In this document: positions 53,051 to 64,000 of the stretch, piece by piece | Position numbering within the stretch: position 1 is the first letter of the stretch | Layout: each line of letters begins with the position of its first letter | Source: Octopus bimaculoides | Lineage: Eukaryota | Direction of reading: 5' to 3' | Length of the DNA stretch: 64,000 nt | Assembly (NCBI RefSeq): GCF_001194135.2 | Contig: NC_068997.1 | Span: 42,394,838-42,458,837 of the forward strand | The notes under the pieces: model-generated | Databases searched by the model: none | The model's input: only the letters and a program-made list of their open reading frames with translations | What the model was told of the DNA's origin: nothing | Translations under genes and position numbers: made by a program

Positions 53051-53062
53051 CTGAGTAGTCAT
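53051..53062 (-). CDS. MLLT3: AF9/ENL (MLLT3/MLLT1-family) gene, first coding exon (MTTQ)
   Basis: Minus strand reads gcaacc-ATG ACT ACT CAG|gtatgt: 12 coding nt then a strong phase-0 donor. It joins in frame to the exon at 26927. Human MLLT3/MLLT1 exon 1 also contributes 12 coding nt (recalled). It lies in a CpG-rich promoter-like patch. AF9 vs ENL orthology cannot be resolved; invertebrates usually have one gene. Confidence 0.75.
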
Positions 53063-53120
53063 GGTTGCTGAAGAGGTGTCTTATTTATAATGTATATGTA
53101 TAAATAACTATATTTAAATA

Positions 53121-53290
53121 TCACAGTAAAAATAATTTTCGTTGTCGTTGAGTCGATTTGATCCTGGCAGTCTCCATCTGCCTCACCAATTTGGGTGTCG
53201 TGCTTCCTGCAAAAACAAACGACTGAGGGCGCCGTCTAACGGTAGCGGATGTGACGTCAGCTAGACCATAAACACTCACTTTGAAGTAGA
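53121..53290 (-). promoter_or_regulatory. Putative proximal promoter / 5' UTR of the AF9/ENL gene with overlapping ETS-CRE-like motif
   Basis: Locally GC- and CpG-rich patch just upstream of the ATG. GCGGATGTGACGTCAG at 53245-53260 contains a perfect CRE (TGACGTCA, 53252-53259) overlapping a CGGA(T)GT ETS-like site. TSS not determinable from sequence. Confidence 0.55.
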
Positions 53291-53354
53291 GAGATACAGA
53301 GTTAGATAGGTAGAGAGCTAGAGACAGAAATGATGGAAAGAGAGAGAGAGAGGA

Positions 53355-53805
53355 AGATGGAGAGGGATAGAGAAAAGACAAATAGAGAGAGACAGAAAGA
53401 TAGCTGCAGAGAAAAAGAGGGAGGGATAGAGAAAAGACAAATAGAGAGACAGAAAGAAAGAGGGAGGGATAGAGAAAAGACAAATAGAGAGACAGAAAGA
53501 AAGAGAGAGGGATAGAGAAAAGACAAATAGAGAGACAGGAATATAGATGCAGAGAAAAAGAGGGAGGGATAGAGAAAAGACAAATAGAGAGAGACAGAAA
53601 GATAGATGCAGAGAAAAAGAGGGAGGGATAGAGAAAAGACAAATAGAGAGACAGAAAGAAAGAGGGAGAGATAGAGAAAAGACAAATAGAGAGACAGGAA
53701 TATAGATGCAGAGAAAAAGAGGGAGGGGTAGAGAAAAGACAAATAGAGAGACAGGAATATAGATGCAGAGAAAAAGAGGGAGGGATAGAGAAAAGACAAA
53801 GAGAT
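53355..53805. repeat. Polypurine minisatellite immediately upstream of the promoter
   Basis: Nine copies of the core gggatagagaaaagacaaatagagagacag in short (about 42 bp) and long (about 58 bp) variants; purine-rich sequence continues to about 54550. Confidence 0.85.
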
Positions 53806-56800
53806 AAATAGGAAGAGATAGAAAGAGAAACAGAGAGGAAGATGAGAAAAAGGAAAAGATTAGGAAACGAGAGATTTCGGAGTTGAACTTGCTTGACAAT
53901 AAAAAGGAGAGAAAGAGAAAAATAGTGGAGGTGGAGAACAAGTATTATGTGGAAGTAGGAAGGAAAATATAAAACAGAAAAGAAATAACGAGAAAGTAAA
54001 TTAAAGAAAATGAGAGGGAGGGAGAAAGAGAAAATAAAATAGGGATAGATGAGAATAACTCTATATGAAAGGGAGGGAGAGAGAGAGAGACGGAGAAGAA
54101 AACGAGGGGAGAGGTACTATAGAAAAAGGTGTGAAAGAGAGAGATAGAGAGATCAACAGAGGGAGCATAAGTATTTAAGATAGAACATAGAAAGAAGAAA
54201 TAAAGAAAAAGAGTGGAGAAAAGAGAATGAGGGAAGAGAAAAAGTAAAGTAGGTAAAGGGAGTGAGACATGGGAAAAGAGGTAGAATGAAGAAAGAGAGG
54301 GGAAGATTTAGAAACAGAGAAAGAAAGATATTGTCAAAGGGAAGACGGAAAGATAGAAAATCACCAAAAAGATTGAGAAGATAAAAACGAAAAGAGTAAA
54401 AGAGAAGAGGAACAGGTGATATAGACGAAAAGAATAAGGCATAGAGAGAAAGAAAAATTAGTAGGCAAGGAGGACGAATACTGTAAAATATGAAAGGAAA
54501 AAAACAAAACAAAAAATAGAAAGTGAAACAGTGGAAGGAAGGAAAATTTATATATAACCTACAGAAAAGATTGGCAGTTTGATAAGTACGCTTTTGTTTT
54601 CTGTGTTGATTTTGATGTTACTTAGTTTCAGGTCAACCCATATCTTATAATAGAATTCCATTCGCATCTAGGATGCCTTACAAGAATATATTGTCCGTTT
54701 GTGGTATCCTTCTGCCACCCCACTCAATTTGACCCCCCCAGTTACCAGATCTTTGAGGAAGAGGTCGAATGTACTAAATCGTATTCCATGGTTGCGCAGT
54801 TGTTATAAGTACGTACTGCCTTTTGTCGTTGGTTGTATGTGCTGTTTGAACTTTATTTACAAATACCATGAAACTATGTTACTATTTACACCGCGCCTTA
54901 AGATACCAGTTCTGATGTTATACAAATATAACGTATTTTTCATGGTCTCGATCAGTGCACTCAGTAAAATTTTGCACCAACGTGCTTATATCTAGACCTT
55001 GACATGCCCATTTAACTGTCTTTCTGCGTATTGATTCCTGGTCAATGATGTTTTTTCTTTGCGTAAGAGTTCCATGCAGGGCTAGCATATTTCACAGCAA
55101 GTCTAAAAATGGTTTTATATGTCAAGGTTTTGTTATGGACTTCGTGAACATGTAAGATTTCGTTGGATTTCATACTATCTGGGTAATGTGCAAGTCAAAA
55201 CTTTGGTAGTTAAGCTACAGGTCAACAGTGTGTAAGACTTATTCAGCATTGAACGTCCATCTTTTTGTATATCTAGGACTACATTGATCATGAGTGGTCT
55301 TTTTTGATTAAGATAGCAATGGAATGTAATTTAAAGAAATTTGGTTCCTTTTCCAGCGGATCAGGCGACAGCTTGGACGCTTCGTTGGCTTGTCAAAACA
55401 TCGGCTGTGAGTGATGGTAATGTCAAATATTTAAATTGGCTAACGCTAAGTGCATATTATTGATTTGAAATGGGTAGCAGTATAGGGGGTGGGGCTCGTT
55501 ATCATTAGAACATATATAGGTGGTATTAAATTTTACTTGCTTACAAGTCCGAATTTCATGATAAAAAGTTTTGCGGCTGAGAATGGAAGCCTAAGTTGAC
55601 GTTAATTAGTTTGTACATCTGGGCATCAATTGTTAAAAGTCTGGGGAGAGGATTTAGATTAAGCCATTTACCTCGAATAACAAGTCAAATAGACCTATGA
55701 GTAAAGGTGCTACAAGCCGTTACCACCTGGTCTCCGCTAGCCTGATGAGGCTGTAGGACTGCCAGTTCCATCAAACCAAACGTATTTTAAAACTTTAATC
55801 CCCCTTTTTATCCAAAACATAATGTCCCTATTGGTACATTAAAGTGTCGTTCAATTTTTGAAGTGACAGAATGTGAGTTAGGAGAGATTTGGGGTATTAT
55901 TTTCTAGCAGGCCGAGAGACCATGTAGACACAGAGGCTTTGCTGCAGAATTCCTGGGCAAAACAATCTTTTCTGCTACAAGCACAATGCCTGAAAGTTTG
56001 GATAAGGAGGATAGTCGATTACATCGACCCCAGTGCTTAGCTGGCACTTCTTTCCTCGACCCTGAGAGGATGAAAGGCAAAGTCGATCTCAGCGAAATTG
56101 GAATTCAGAATGTAAATAATACGGACGAAATGCCACTAAACATTTTGTCCATCGTGCTAACGATTCTGCCAGCACTCCGGTATTCTTGGAAACAATAATA
56201 AAAATATGAGATATAAGATCATTTTTTCAAATTTTGACACAAGGCCAACAATTTTGAGGTGCTTTACTGGTCAACCTCAAAAGGATGTATGATAAAGATG
56301 ACACTGGCTCCATTTTAACTGAGAATGTATGGTATGTTAAATAACAAATGTATTACTAGAGTACTCACTGACTTTATCAAATCTTCAAATCAGGATTTCT
56401 TAAAACGTCTTCTCGAAGTTTATCAATTCATATGATTATCAAAAAAAAAAATATATATANNNNNNNNNNNNNNNNNNNNNNNNNNNNNNNNNNNNNNNNN
56501 NNNNNNNNNNNNNNNNNNNNNNNNNNNNNNNNNNNNNNNNNNNNNNNNNNNNNNNNNNNNNNNNNNNNNNNNNNNNNNNNNNNNNNNNNNNNNNNNNNNN
56601 NNNNNNNNNNNNNNNNNNNNNNNNNNNNNNNNNNNNNNNNNNNNNNNNNNNNNNNNNNNNNNNNNNNNNNNNNNNNNNNNNNNNNNNNNNNNNNNNNNNN
56701 NNNNNNNNNNNNNNNNNNNNNNNNNNNNNNNNNNNNNNNNNNNNNNNNNNNNNNNNNNNNNNNNNNNNNNNNNNNNNNNNNNNNNNNNNNNNNNNNNNNN

Positions 56801-57115
56801 NNNNNNNNNNNNNNNNNNNNNNNNNNNNNNNNNNNNNNNNNNNNNNNNNNNNNNNNNNNNNNNNNNNNNNNNNNNNNNNNNNNNNNNNNNNNNNNNNNNN
56901 NNNNNNNNNNNNNNNNNNNNNNNNNNNNNNNNNNNNNNNNNNNNNNNNNNNNNNNNNNNNNNNNNNNNNNNNNNNNNNNNNNNNNNNNNNNNNNNNNNNN
57001 NNNNNNNNNNNNNNNNNNNNNNNNNNNNNNNNNNNNNNNNNNNNNNNNNNNNNNNNNNNNNNNNNNNNNNNNNNNNNNNNNNNNNNNNNNNNNNNNNNNN
57101 NNNNNNNNNNNNNNN

Positions 57116-57159
<44 letters not shown>

Positions 57160-57215
57160 AATATATTTGGTTTGTATTTGAAATATATTCGAAGTGTACA
57201 GTATTATATATCCAC

Positions 57216-57313
57216 AACGGTCTCTCTTACCAATCGGTTTCGCACAAGGGGCTCAATGGAGTGTTAGATAACAGTCCGATTATGTAACCCTGCGCTCTTC
57301 AGAGAAAGCCGTT
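57216..57313 (-). ncRNA. Type I hammerhead ribozyme
   Basis: Minus strand: aacggcuuucu-CUGAAGA-gcgcaggg...cccuugugc-GAAA-ccgauug-GUA-agagagaccguu. All core nucleotides are present. Stem I 11 bp with a 1-nt bulge; stem II 8 bp plus an extension; stem III A-U/C-G/C-G closed by GAUU (near-palindromic ACCGAUUGGU). Predicted cleavage between 57228 and 57227. Confidence 0.8.
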
Positions 57314-60300
57314 ATAGAATGGTGGTGGGGGGTTGTGTTTGTAATTATATTTTCATTCTTTAAAGAAAATGAAACAATAGCATTTCAAATTTCCAGAAAG
57401 TAAAACCGTACAATACTAATGCTTTCATTATTTATTGAATAAAGATTTTTAAGGTGGAGAGCTGGCAGAAGTTACAGCGCCGGACAAAATGCATATCGGC
57501 ATTTCTTCCGACTTTGCGTTCTGAGTTCAAATTCCGCTGAGGTCAACTTTGCCTTTCATCCTACGCGGTCGATAAGATAAGTACCAGTTCTGCACTGGAG
57601 TCAATGTAATCGACCAACCCTCTCCCCCATAATTTCAGGGTCTGTGCCTATAGTAGAAAATTATTGATTAAAAATTTCTTTCGCTATTTCGCCAGACTAG
57701 TCGCGACGGCGCCTGACCTAATGACTAAGATATTGGGATCATGAATATAAGGTCGTGGTTTCGACTCTTGGATTAGGTAATGCGCCTTGAGAAAGGCATA
57801 TCATTTCACGTTGTTCCAGTCTAAACCAGTTGAAAATGAGCACCAGTTTACTGCTGGTGCAGCCCTCTCTCTCTCTCTCTTTCCAGAAGTCATACCCTCG
57901 ATGTTTCGCTGGGTCACGATTGCTTACGTCTCTGCGCTACTAATTGACGAAAGCATTTTACAAGCTACCAGGTCCTGCTTACGAGTGACACCTAAGCTGT
58001 TTATGGTGGTGAATTTTCTGAACTGTTAGAACATCAGGAAAATGCTTTACAGTATTTCTTCCGGTTCTTTGTTATAAATTGAAATAGCGCCGAGGCCAAC
58101 TTTACCTTTCACCCGTCCGAGATCGATAAAATGAAATACCAGTCAAATACCAGGGTCAATGGTATTGATTATACCCCTCTCTTAAAAAAATTTTGGCTTT
58201 GTGCCAAAGTTAGAAATCATTATTTTTCTAAACCAGTGTATTGATAGAATAGCTAGAGCATCGTAGAATCTGCCATGTGGAATTTACTTCCGGCTTTTTC
58301 CATTCCGATTTCTAAACCTGCCTAGGTTAACTTTCTCTTTCACTTTAATTTCAAGGAAGTGAAACAATTTCATTATATAAATCCTTATCAGGAACGTAGG
58401 ATTATTTTCAAACGGTTTATTTGTTTTTACTTTTATCACACAGTCTCTTTTCCCCGGTTTCCCGTTAATTAAGATGCCTGTATTTCAATCTATAATTAAA
58501 AGATGGAAGCTTTTCTTGTCTATTTTATGACATTCTATCGTTAAGTATATTGATGTCGATATTTCTTTTCGTATTTTGTATCATATTAGTTAATGATTGT
58601 CTTGTTAATTTGTTGGCAATTCATCCCCCACTTCCTTTTTCATGTATGACAATTTGTTATTGTTGATGTTTGAGATGGAATAGAAAGGCGATATATCACG
58701 AAATTCGAAATAATTCACATTATTTTACTTCATAGAATAGATAAAAGCCGAAAGTAAAAGGAGGCCGCTTGACGGAAGTGACNNNNNNNNNNATTATTAC
58801 TTTGCTGAGATCTTTGAGCACAAAACCCACAACTTTTTTTCAGAGAGAATTGTAAGTCGATTAAGTTGACTAATTATTGTATCAGTTTTGGAAGGCAAAG
58901 TTGACCACGGCAGCATTTGAAATCCGAACATAAAAGGACGAAACTAATACTTTACTTCTTGTGAAATTTTGAATATTTCGATTTTTAAAAAAACTGTTAA
59001 TGATAACGGCAAAATAGACAAAAAGGTCAAGATTAGTGCGGCGTTTTTTTTTTTTTTAATGAAGGGAGGCAATTAAATATTAAGTATTTGGTACAATGCA
59101 ATGTCGATTCTGCCGTTTCAATGCTGAAAATTATTTCAAGCACGAGCACAAAGTCACACGTTTGCGGAGAAGTTATAATCCTTAATGTCAAATAACGACC
59201 TCCATACTACACTGTTTTGACATGATGTCAAAATGGAATAAGATTTCTTTGACAAGGTTCACTATATTATAGCAGAAGAAAAGGAGAAAATGATGTAACT
59301 TTCGTAGTTTTCTGGGCGGTATTAATGTGAATCGTCTTTAAGACAAAATGGAAACCAAATCGCGGTTTCGTTATAAAAAGGGCTGACCTCTTGTTCTACA
59401 GTGATCTCAAATATTGGCACAAGGTCAGATTTTATAGTGAGAGTGAAATTTAACTAAAATACAAATCCTGAACAATAGTCATGATTTTTCCATGATATAA
59501 GTTTATACAAAAGAAAGAAAAGGGGGGAGGAGAGAAAAACAAAAACAATGCGGCATCAAGTGTTTCAATTGGTCGCACACCACAAAGTTCAACTGAAGCA
59601 AGCCAGCATGCTCGCATTACTACGGGCGATGGCGAGACTAAACCGTTGGAAAAGCCAAGCGCCCTCACTGGCATCACCTGACACCTCGGTGATGCGAGCG
59701 GCCAGTGAAATTTTTTTCCCCACGAGCGTTCTGGACCCCAGTAATGAACTCATTTGCATACAGCCGATCAGAGTTCACCTTGACCTTGATGTTAAGTTAA
59801 CAAACACACTCTACCATGTAAACTCAAGACGAAGAACGGTGTTTTAAGTCGACCGATCGCTAAGTTAGGAGACAAATAATTAGATAGATTTGCATCTCTA
59901 CCTATTATCGGATTTTGTAAGGGCCCCATATGGTAAAAATGGGGATGGGAAAAATGTGGGTAGGGGGTGAGGTGTTAGCAACCCTCTCCTCTTACTGCTT
60001 TACAAAGTAAACAACAACACAAATAAGTATGCTGAGGCAGCCATAGTTGAAACAAGAACAAGAACAACAAGCATTCTTAAAAGAGAAAAGAAGCATGGTC
60101 ATTCCTTATCCAAGTGACCGTAACTTATCGCCCATCACTTGTTATGCGCTCATAAATTAGTTTGATAGTTGAGCTCTGATTGGCTACAAACAAATGAGTT
60201 TATAACTGGGGTCCGGAACTCTTGTGGGAAAAAATTTCGCGAACGGCCAACGATAAGAACTTCGCAGTTAGTGGCTCAGCCCCCCACCCTCAACGTCTCA

Positions 60301-61277
60301 AACGCCACAGGTTGGAAGAGATAGTTCATTGTCAGGTCCTGATACTTCAGGGTTTTGTTCCGTTCGTTACGAAAACAGTGACTCTCCCATTTACTGCAGC
60401 ATTCAGGATTGGTTAAATTAATTCACTAGGACATTATTTTATCGATTCGGAAGGTGAACGGAAAAGTTTAACTCGACGAGATTCGAACTAAGAACGTACA
60501 GGCTGGTAGCTAAATATTCTTTTCTACTCTAGGCACAAGGCCCGAAATTTTTGAGGAGGGGCCAATCGATTAGATCGACCACCAGTACGCAACTGGTACT
60601 TAATTTATCGACCCCGAAATGATGAAAGGCAAAGTCGACCTCGGCGGAATTTGAACTCGGAAGAGTGGTAGCTAAATATTGCAATAACAATTCTTTTAAA
60701 AGAAATATTGAAATTATTTTTTCAAATTTTGGCACGTGGCCAGCAATTTTAGAGGTGGGCGGGTGAGTCGATTATATCAACTTCGGAAAATGTTGAAGCA
60801 AGTCGACCTCGGCAGCATTTGACTCAGAACGTAAAGCCGAAAAAAATGCTGCTTAGCATTTTGTCCGATGTGCTAAAGATTCTGCCAGCTCGGCACCCCG
60901 AAATATTGAAATAATAGATAGATAAATAAAAGCTTCAAATTTATTGCATAGATTTAATTACTTTATTTTCATTACTCTAGAATTAATTATGCAAGTACCA
61001 GCAGTCTCCCGAGTTAAATTAATCTCCTTTATTTGCTCATCTCTCCTGTAAATGAATCAATAATGCAAAAATCACAATAAAATCATGTTTTATACACTGA
61101 CTGAAATAACTAAACTAATTAGGTGGTTAATTACACAAAGTGACATTATACGATAAGAGAAATAAGAGTCACATTTAGATATATATTTTTTTAAATTAGT
61201 ACTCGCACAAATTGCGTTAAATTATTGGTGGTGGTAGGAGAGAATAAGGGAGTTCAGTCGGGTATATGACTCGTCTA

Positions 61278-61841
61278 GGATCTATTTTAAAACGGGGGCC
61301 ACATTTTTCATTAATGTTTTACGTAGTGTTTTTGGTACGGAAAGACTTTCAAACTTCGTATACTTATCTATTTTGTGTTATAGAACAGAAAAATATTTTT
61401 GTATTCGAATTTATTTCATGTAAAAAATTGTCTTATTTCGATAATTTCAACCAATCACTGACAAGTATTCAGTTGTTTACATTTACTCCTTTGACTGATT
61501 AAGCGGTGTAAAGCGTATTTAATCTCCATACCTTCGTTTTATTTGCTTTTTTCATTTTAAATTTGCTTTAACCCTAACCCTAGGGTTAGGGTTAGGGTTA
61601 ATTGTTTCAGAATCGTTTGTTTATGTAGTCGGCATTTAATGTATATCGGCTGAATGGACGTCAGTGATTGGTTGAAATTACAGAAATACGACAACTTTAA
61701 CATGGAATAACTTATGGATTTCTTTTTTTTTTTTAAGAAGACTAAGAGAAAAAGATGTTTTATATGACACATTCTACCAGTGTTCCAAGTTTCAAAGTGT
61801 TTCGTTAATGAAAAATGTGGCCCCCGTTTTAAAAAAGATCC
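61278..61841. mobile_element. Non-autonomous DNA transposon with 8-bp TSD and internal telomeric repeats
   Basis: TSD ctcgtcta (61270-61277 and 61842-61849); about 39-bp TIRs ggatc...aaaacgggggccacatttttcattaa; internal inverted block taatttcaaccaatcactgac; centre (taaccc)2-ta-(gggtta)3. Superfamily uncertain (GG termini plus 8-bp TSD is compatible with Merlin). Confidence 0.8.
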
Positions 61842-64000
61842 CTCGTCTATCTTGAAGCATTTTAGTCGTTTCAATAAATAAAACCAAGTCAGATATTTAC
61901 ATTCCCATTATGACTGTTCCCAATTTTTAATTTTCATTTAGTTCCCATTTTGCTTAACATTGTTATAGCGTATATTTGGAATATAAGCGTTTGTTCCTTT
62001 GACGTTTTTAACAAGTGTTATCAAATGTAAATGAATACCTCTCCCCCTCAGAAAAATTTAAACTAGTTTAGAATAACCCGAAACTAACCTCCATTCCTAA
62101 AGTAATGTTTATTGCTTATACAGACTTTTCTCTAAAAATATATCGAAATGAAGCAGTAGATAAGCTATCAAACTTTAATCTTCCATTATCTCAACCAGTA
62201 TTAGCAATATATGAATACTGGACAATATTGATGTTAATTTTGGTACAAGGCCAGCGATTTAGGAGGAGGGTGTAAGTCGATTTCATCGACTCCCAGTGCT
62301 CATCTGGTATTTATTTTATCGACCCGAAAGGTTGAAAGGGAAAGTCGACCGCGGCGGAATTTGTACTCAGAACATGAAAACAGACGAAATACTGCTAAGC
62401 ATTTTGCCCGACATGGTAACGATTCTGCTGGCTCACCCCCATAATACTGAACAATATTAATGAACAAATTAAGGCGGTGAGCTAGCAGAATCGTTAGTAT
62501 GCCGGGGAAATTTCTTAGCGGCGTTTGGCCTGTCTTTACGTGCTGGGTCCAGATACCACCGAGATCGATTTTTTTCTTTTATCTCTTTGGGGTTGATATA
62601 ATCAACTTAACCCTCCCCTGGAATTGCTGGCTTTGTGCCAAAATTTGAAACCAATATTAATAAACAGATTCTGTTGCTTTCGAACACAAAGATTTAGATT
62701 ATGAGCTTCATTACATCTTGTAGCAGTTTTGTACCTCGATTCGAACCACCTGACTCAGATATCCAGTTTAGAATCACAGTCTAATTTTATTTCCATACAA
62801 GGCATAACCAACCTTCATTCTGCATACAGCTGTCTTGCTCTTTCTTCCTGCTATTCCATTGGTTGTAAGTATTCTCTATACTGACTGGGCAGGGAATCCT
62901 GCACAGTCAATTTAGACTAGAAATGGCCATGCCGGTCATCCATTCTCCATGATAAAGTTTCTGGTACTTGGCGCCCTTCTGTTCAAAGGCATTTTTCTTC
63001 CCGTTTGACTCTAAGCTCGATCACTATTCTTTTTTTTTTTTTTTTTTTTTTGCCTTCTCAGGCCACAAAACGACATTCGGTGTTTGATTCGTCAAAACGA
63101 CCTGGGGAAATTGCAACCTTCCCTCAGGTTCACTTTCACACCCTATGGTTAAGTCTCTTGTGTTAAACTACTTGTTCTTGCTGTGATCAATGATTTTTCT
63201 TCTTCCATCACGAACTTGATTGATGGTGTTGTTTTTCCCGGTTGGGGTTGTATTATGCCTCTCTTGCACCTGTGTGTAAGTGAATGTCGCGAGTGCGCTA
63301 CCATGGCACCTCTTATATCCAAATTAGTCGTGTAGAATTCCCTTTTATGATCTTGTAGAGACTATCCGGAAATTTTATTGCAGTATTTATTCCAATGCAA
63401 AACTATCAATTTGAGAGACGACATTTTGAAATCTCCCTAAGATTACCGTGGTTGGAAGTATAATTCTCAGATCTACCAACAAGTAAATAATATCGTTTAA
63501 TTCGTAGACTACAAAAAGGTTTAACATTTAGCTGTTCTTCGTTTCAATTTGTTCTTTTATATAAGAGGCATTAGGTAACATTTTTGACCTATCATGATTT
63601 TCCAGATTCACACGGACTCTTAAATTAAATGAATATACAGTTATTTTCCGAGGGCACTTGACTTTCTCAACGCCTTAGCCTCGCCATAGCCTTTGGTAAC
63701 GCTGCGAGCGTGTTGGCTTGCTTCAGTAGGTTCTGGTAAACCTTGCGGTGTGCAACCAGTTACTGTGATAAAAGAAAAAAAATTACCACAAATGGTTTCA
63801 GTACAGTTTTAACAGAATGATTTCGAAGAATTAGATGAAAGTTCTTCGGTAATTTTCTTTCATGTAAATAAATGTTTATGCTAATTTTAAAATTTGTCAG
63901 CAAAATCTTATAAAATGACGACGTTCTAAAAGATGTACATGATTATATGTTATATATGAAACATTTCACTTCATCTTAATATTTTACGGCTAACAGTAAC

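Noticed and set aside
53121-54512. Several 120-210 aa ORFs (SLSLFLYPS-type)
   Set aside because: They are translations of the GA/CT minisatellite and polypurine tract.
55735-55795. Second hammerhead-like string (cCTGATGAggc...ccAAACgta)
   Set aside because: The GAAA core is broken and no stem I pairing can be formed; at most a dead Penelope-type remnant.
61568-61601. Telomeric repeats as a chromosome-fusion scar
   Set aside because: Only five units, lying at the centre of a TIR- and TSD-bounded transposon.
62780-63040. Coding-like minus-strand stretch (KKNAFEQKGAKYQKLYHGEWMTG...)
   Set aside because: Contains a stop and no motif I can assign; probably a retroelement remnant.
1-64000. CRISPR arrays, rRNA genes or prokaryotic/viral systems
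   Set aside because: No regularly spaced repeat-spacer structure, rRNA similarity or operon-like ORF density; the window is intron-rich animal DNA.

Overview
AT-rich, repeat-dense, gapped animal genomic DNA. The SINE/RTE repertoire and (TA)n/(CA)n microsatellites point to an octopus-type coleoid cephalopod; this assignment is inferred, not searched. One host gene is supported: a minus-strand AF9/ENL (MLLT3/MLLT1-family) YEATS gene. Its coding exons are 53051-53062 (MTTQ), 26744-26927, 22910-23136, a likely 72-nt exon at 21548-21619, and a 1992-nt terminal exon at 18219-20210 (804 aa, or 828 aa with the 72-nt exon). Intron 1 is about 26 kb. The rest is transposon-derived: three tRNA-derived SINE families, many 5'-truncated RTE LINEs, a decayed SPIN/Buster-type hAT transposase, Tc1/mariner, piggyBac-like and other MITEs, a Helitron-like element, and Penelope and CR1/L2-type remnants. 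Most notable observations: (1) an apparently intact type I hammerhead ribozyme at 57216-57313 (minus strand), about 4 kb upstream of the gene; (2) a highly divergent C-terminal AHD with a natural charge reversal at the AF9 D544-equivalent position; (3) two large inverted repeats in intron 1 that would give long dsRNA; (4) a sharp CpG-depletion boundary near 50 kb, with depletion continuing well past the stop codon; (5) a perfect 34-bp direct repeat bracketing the promoter and exon 1. All alignments, folds and counts were done by eye.
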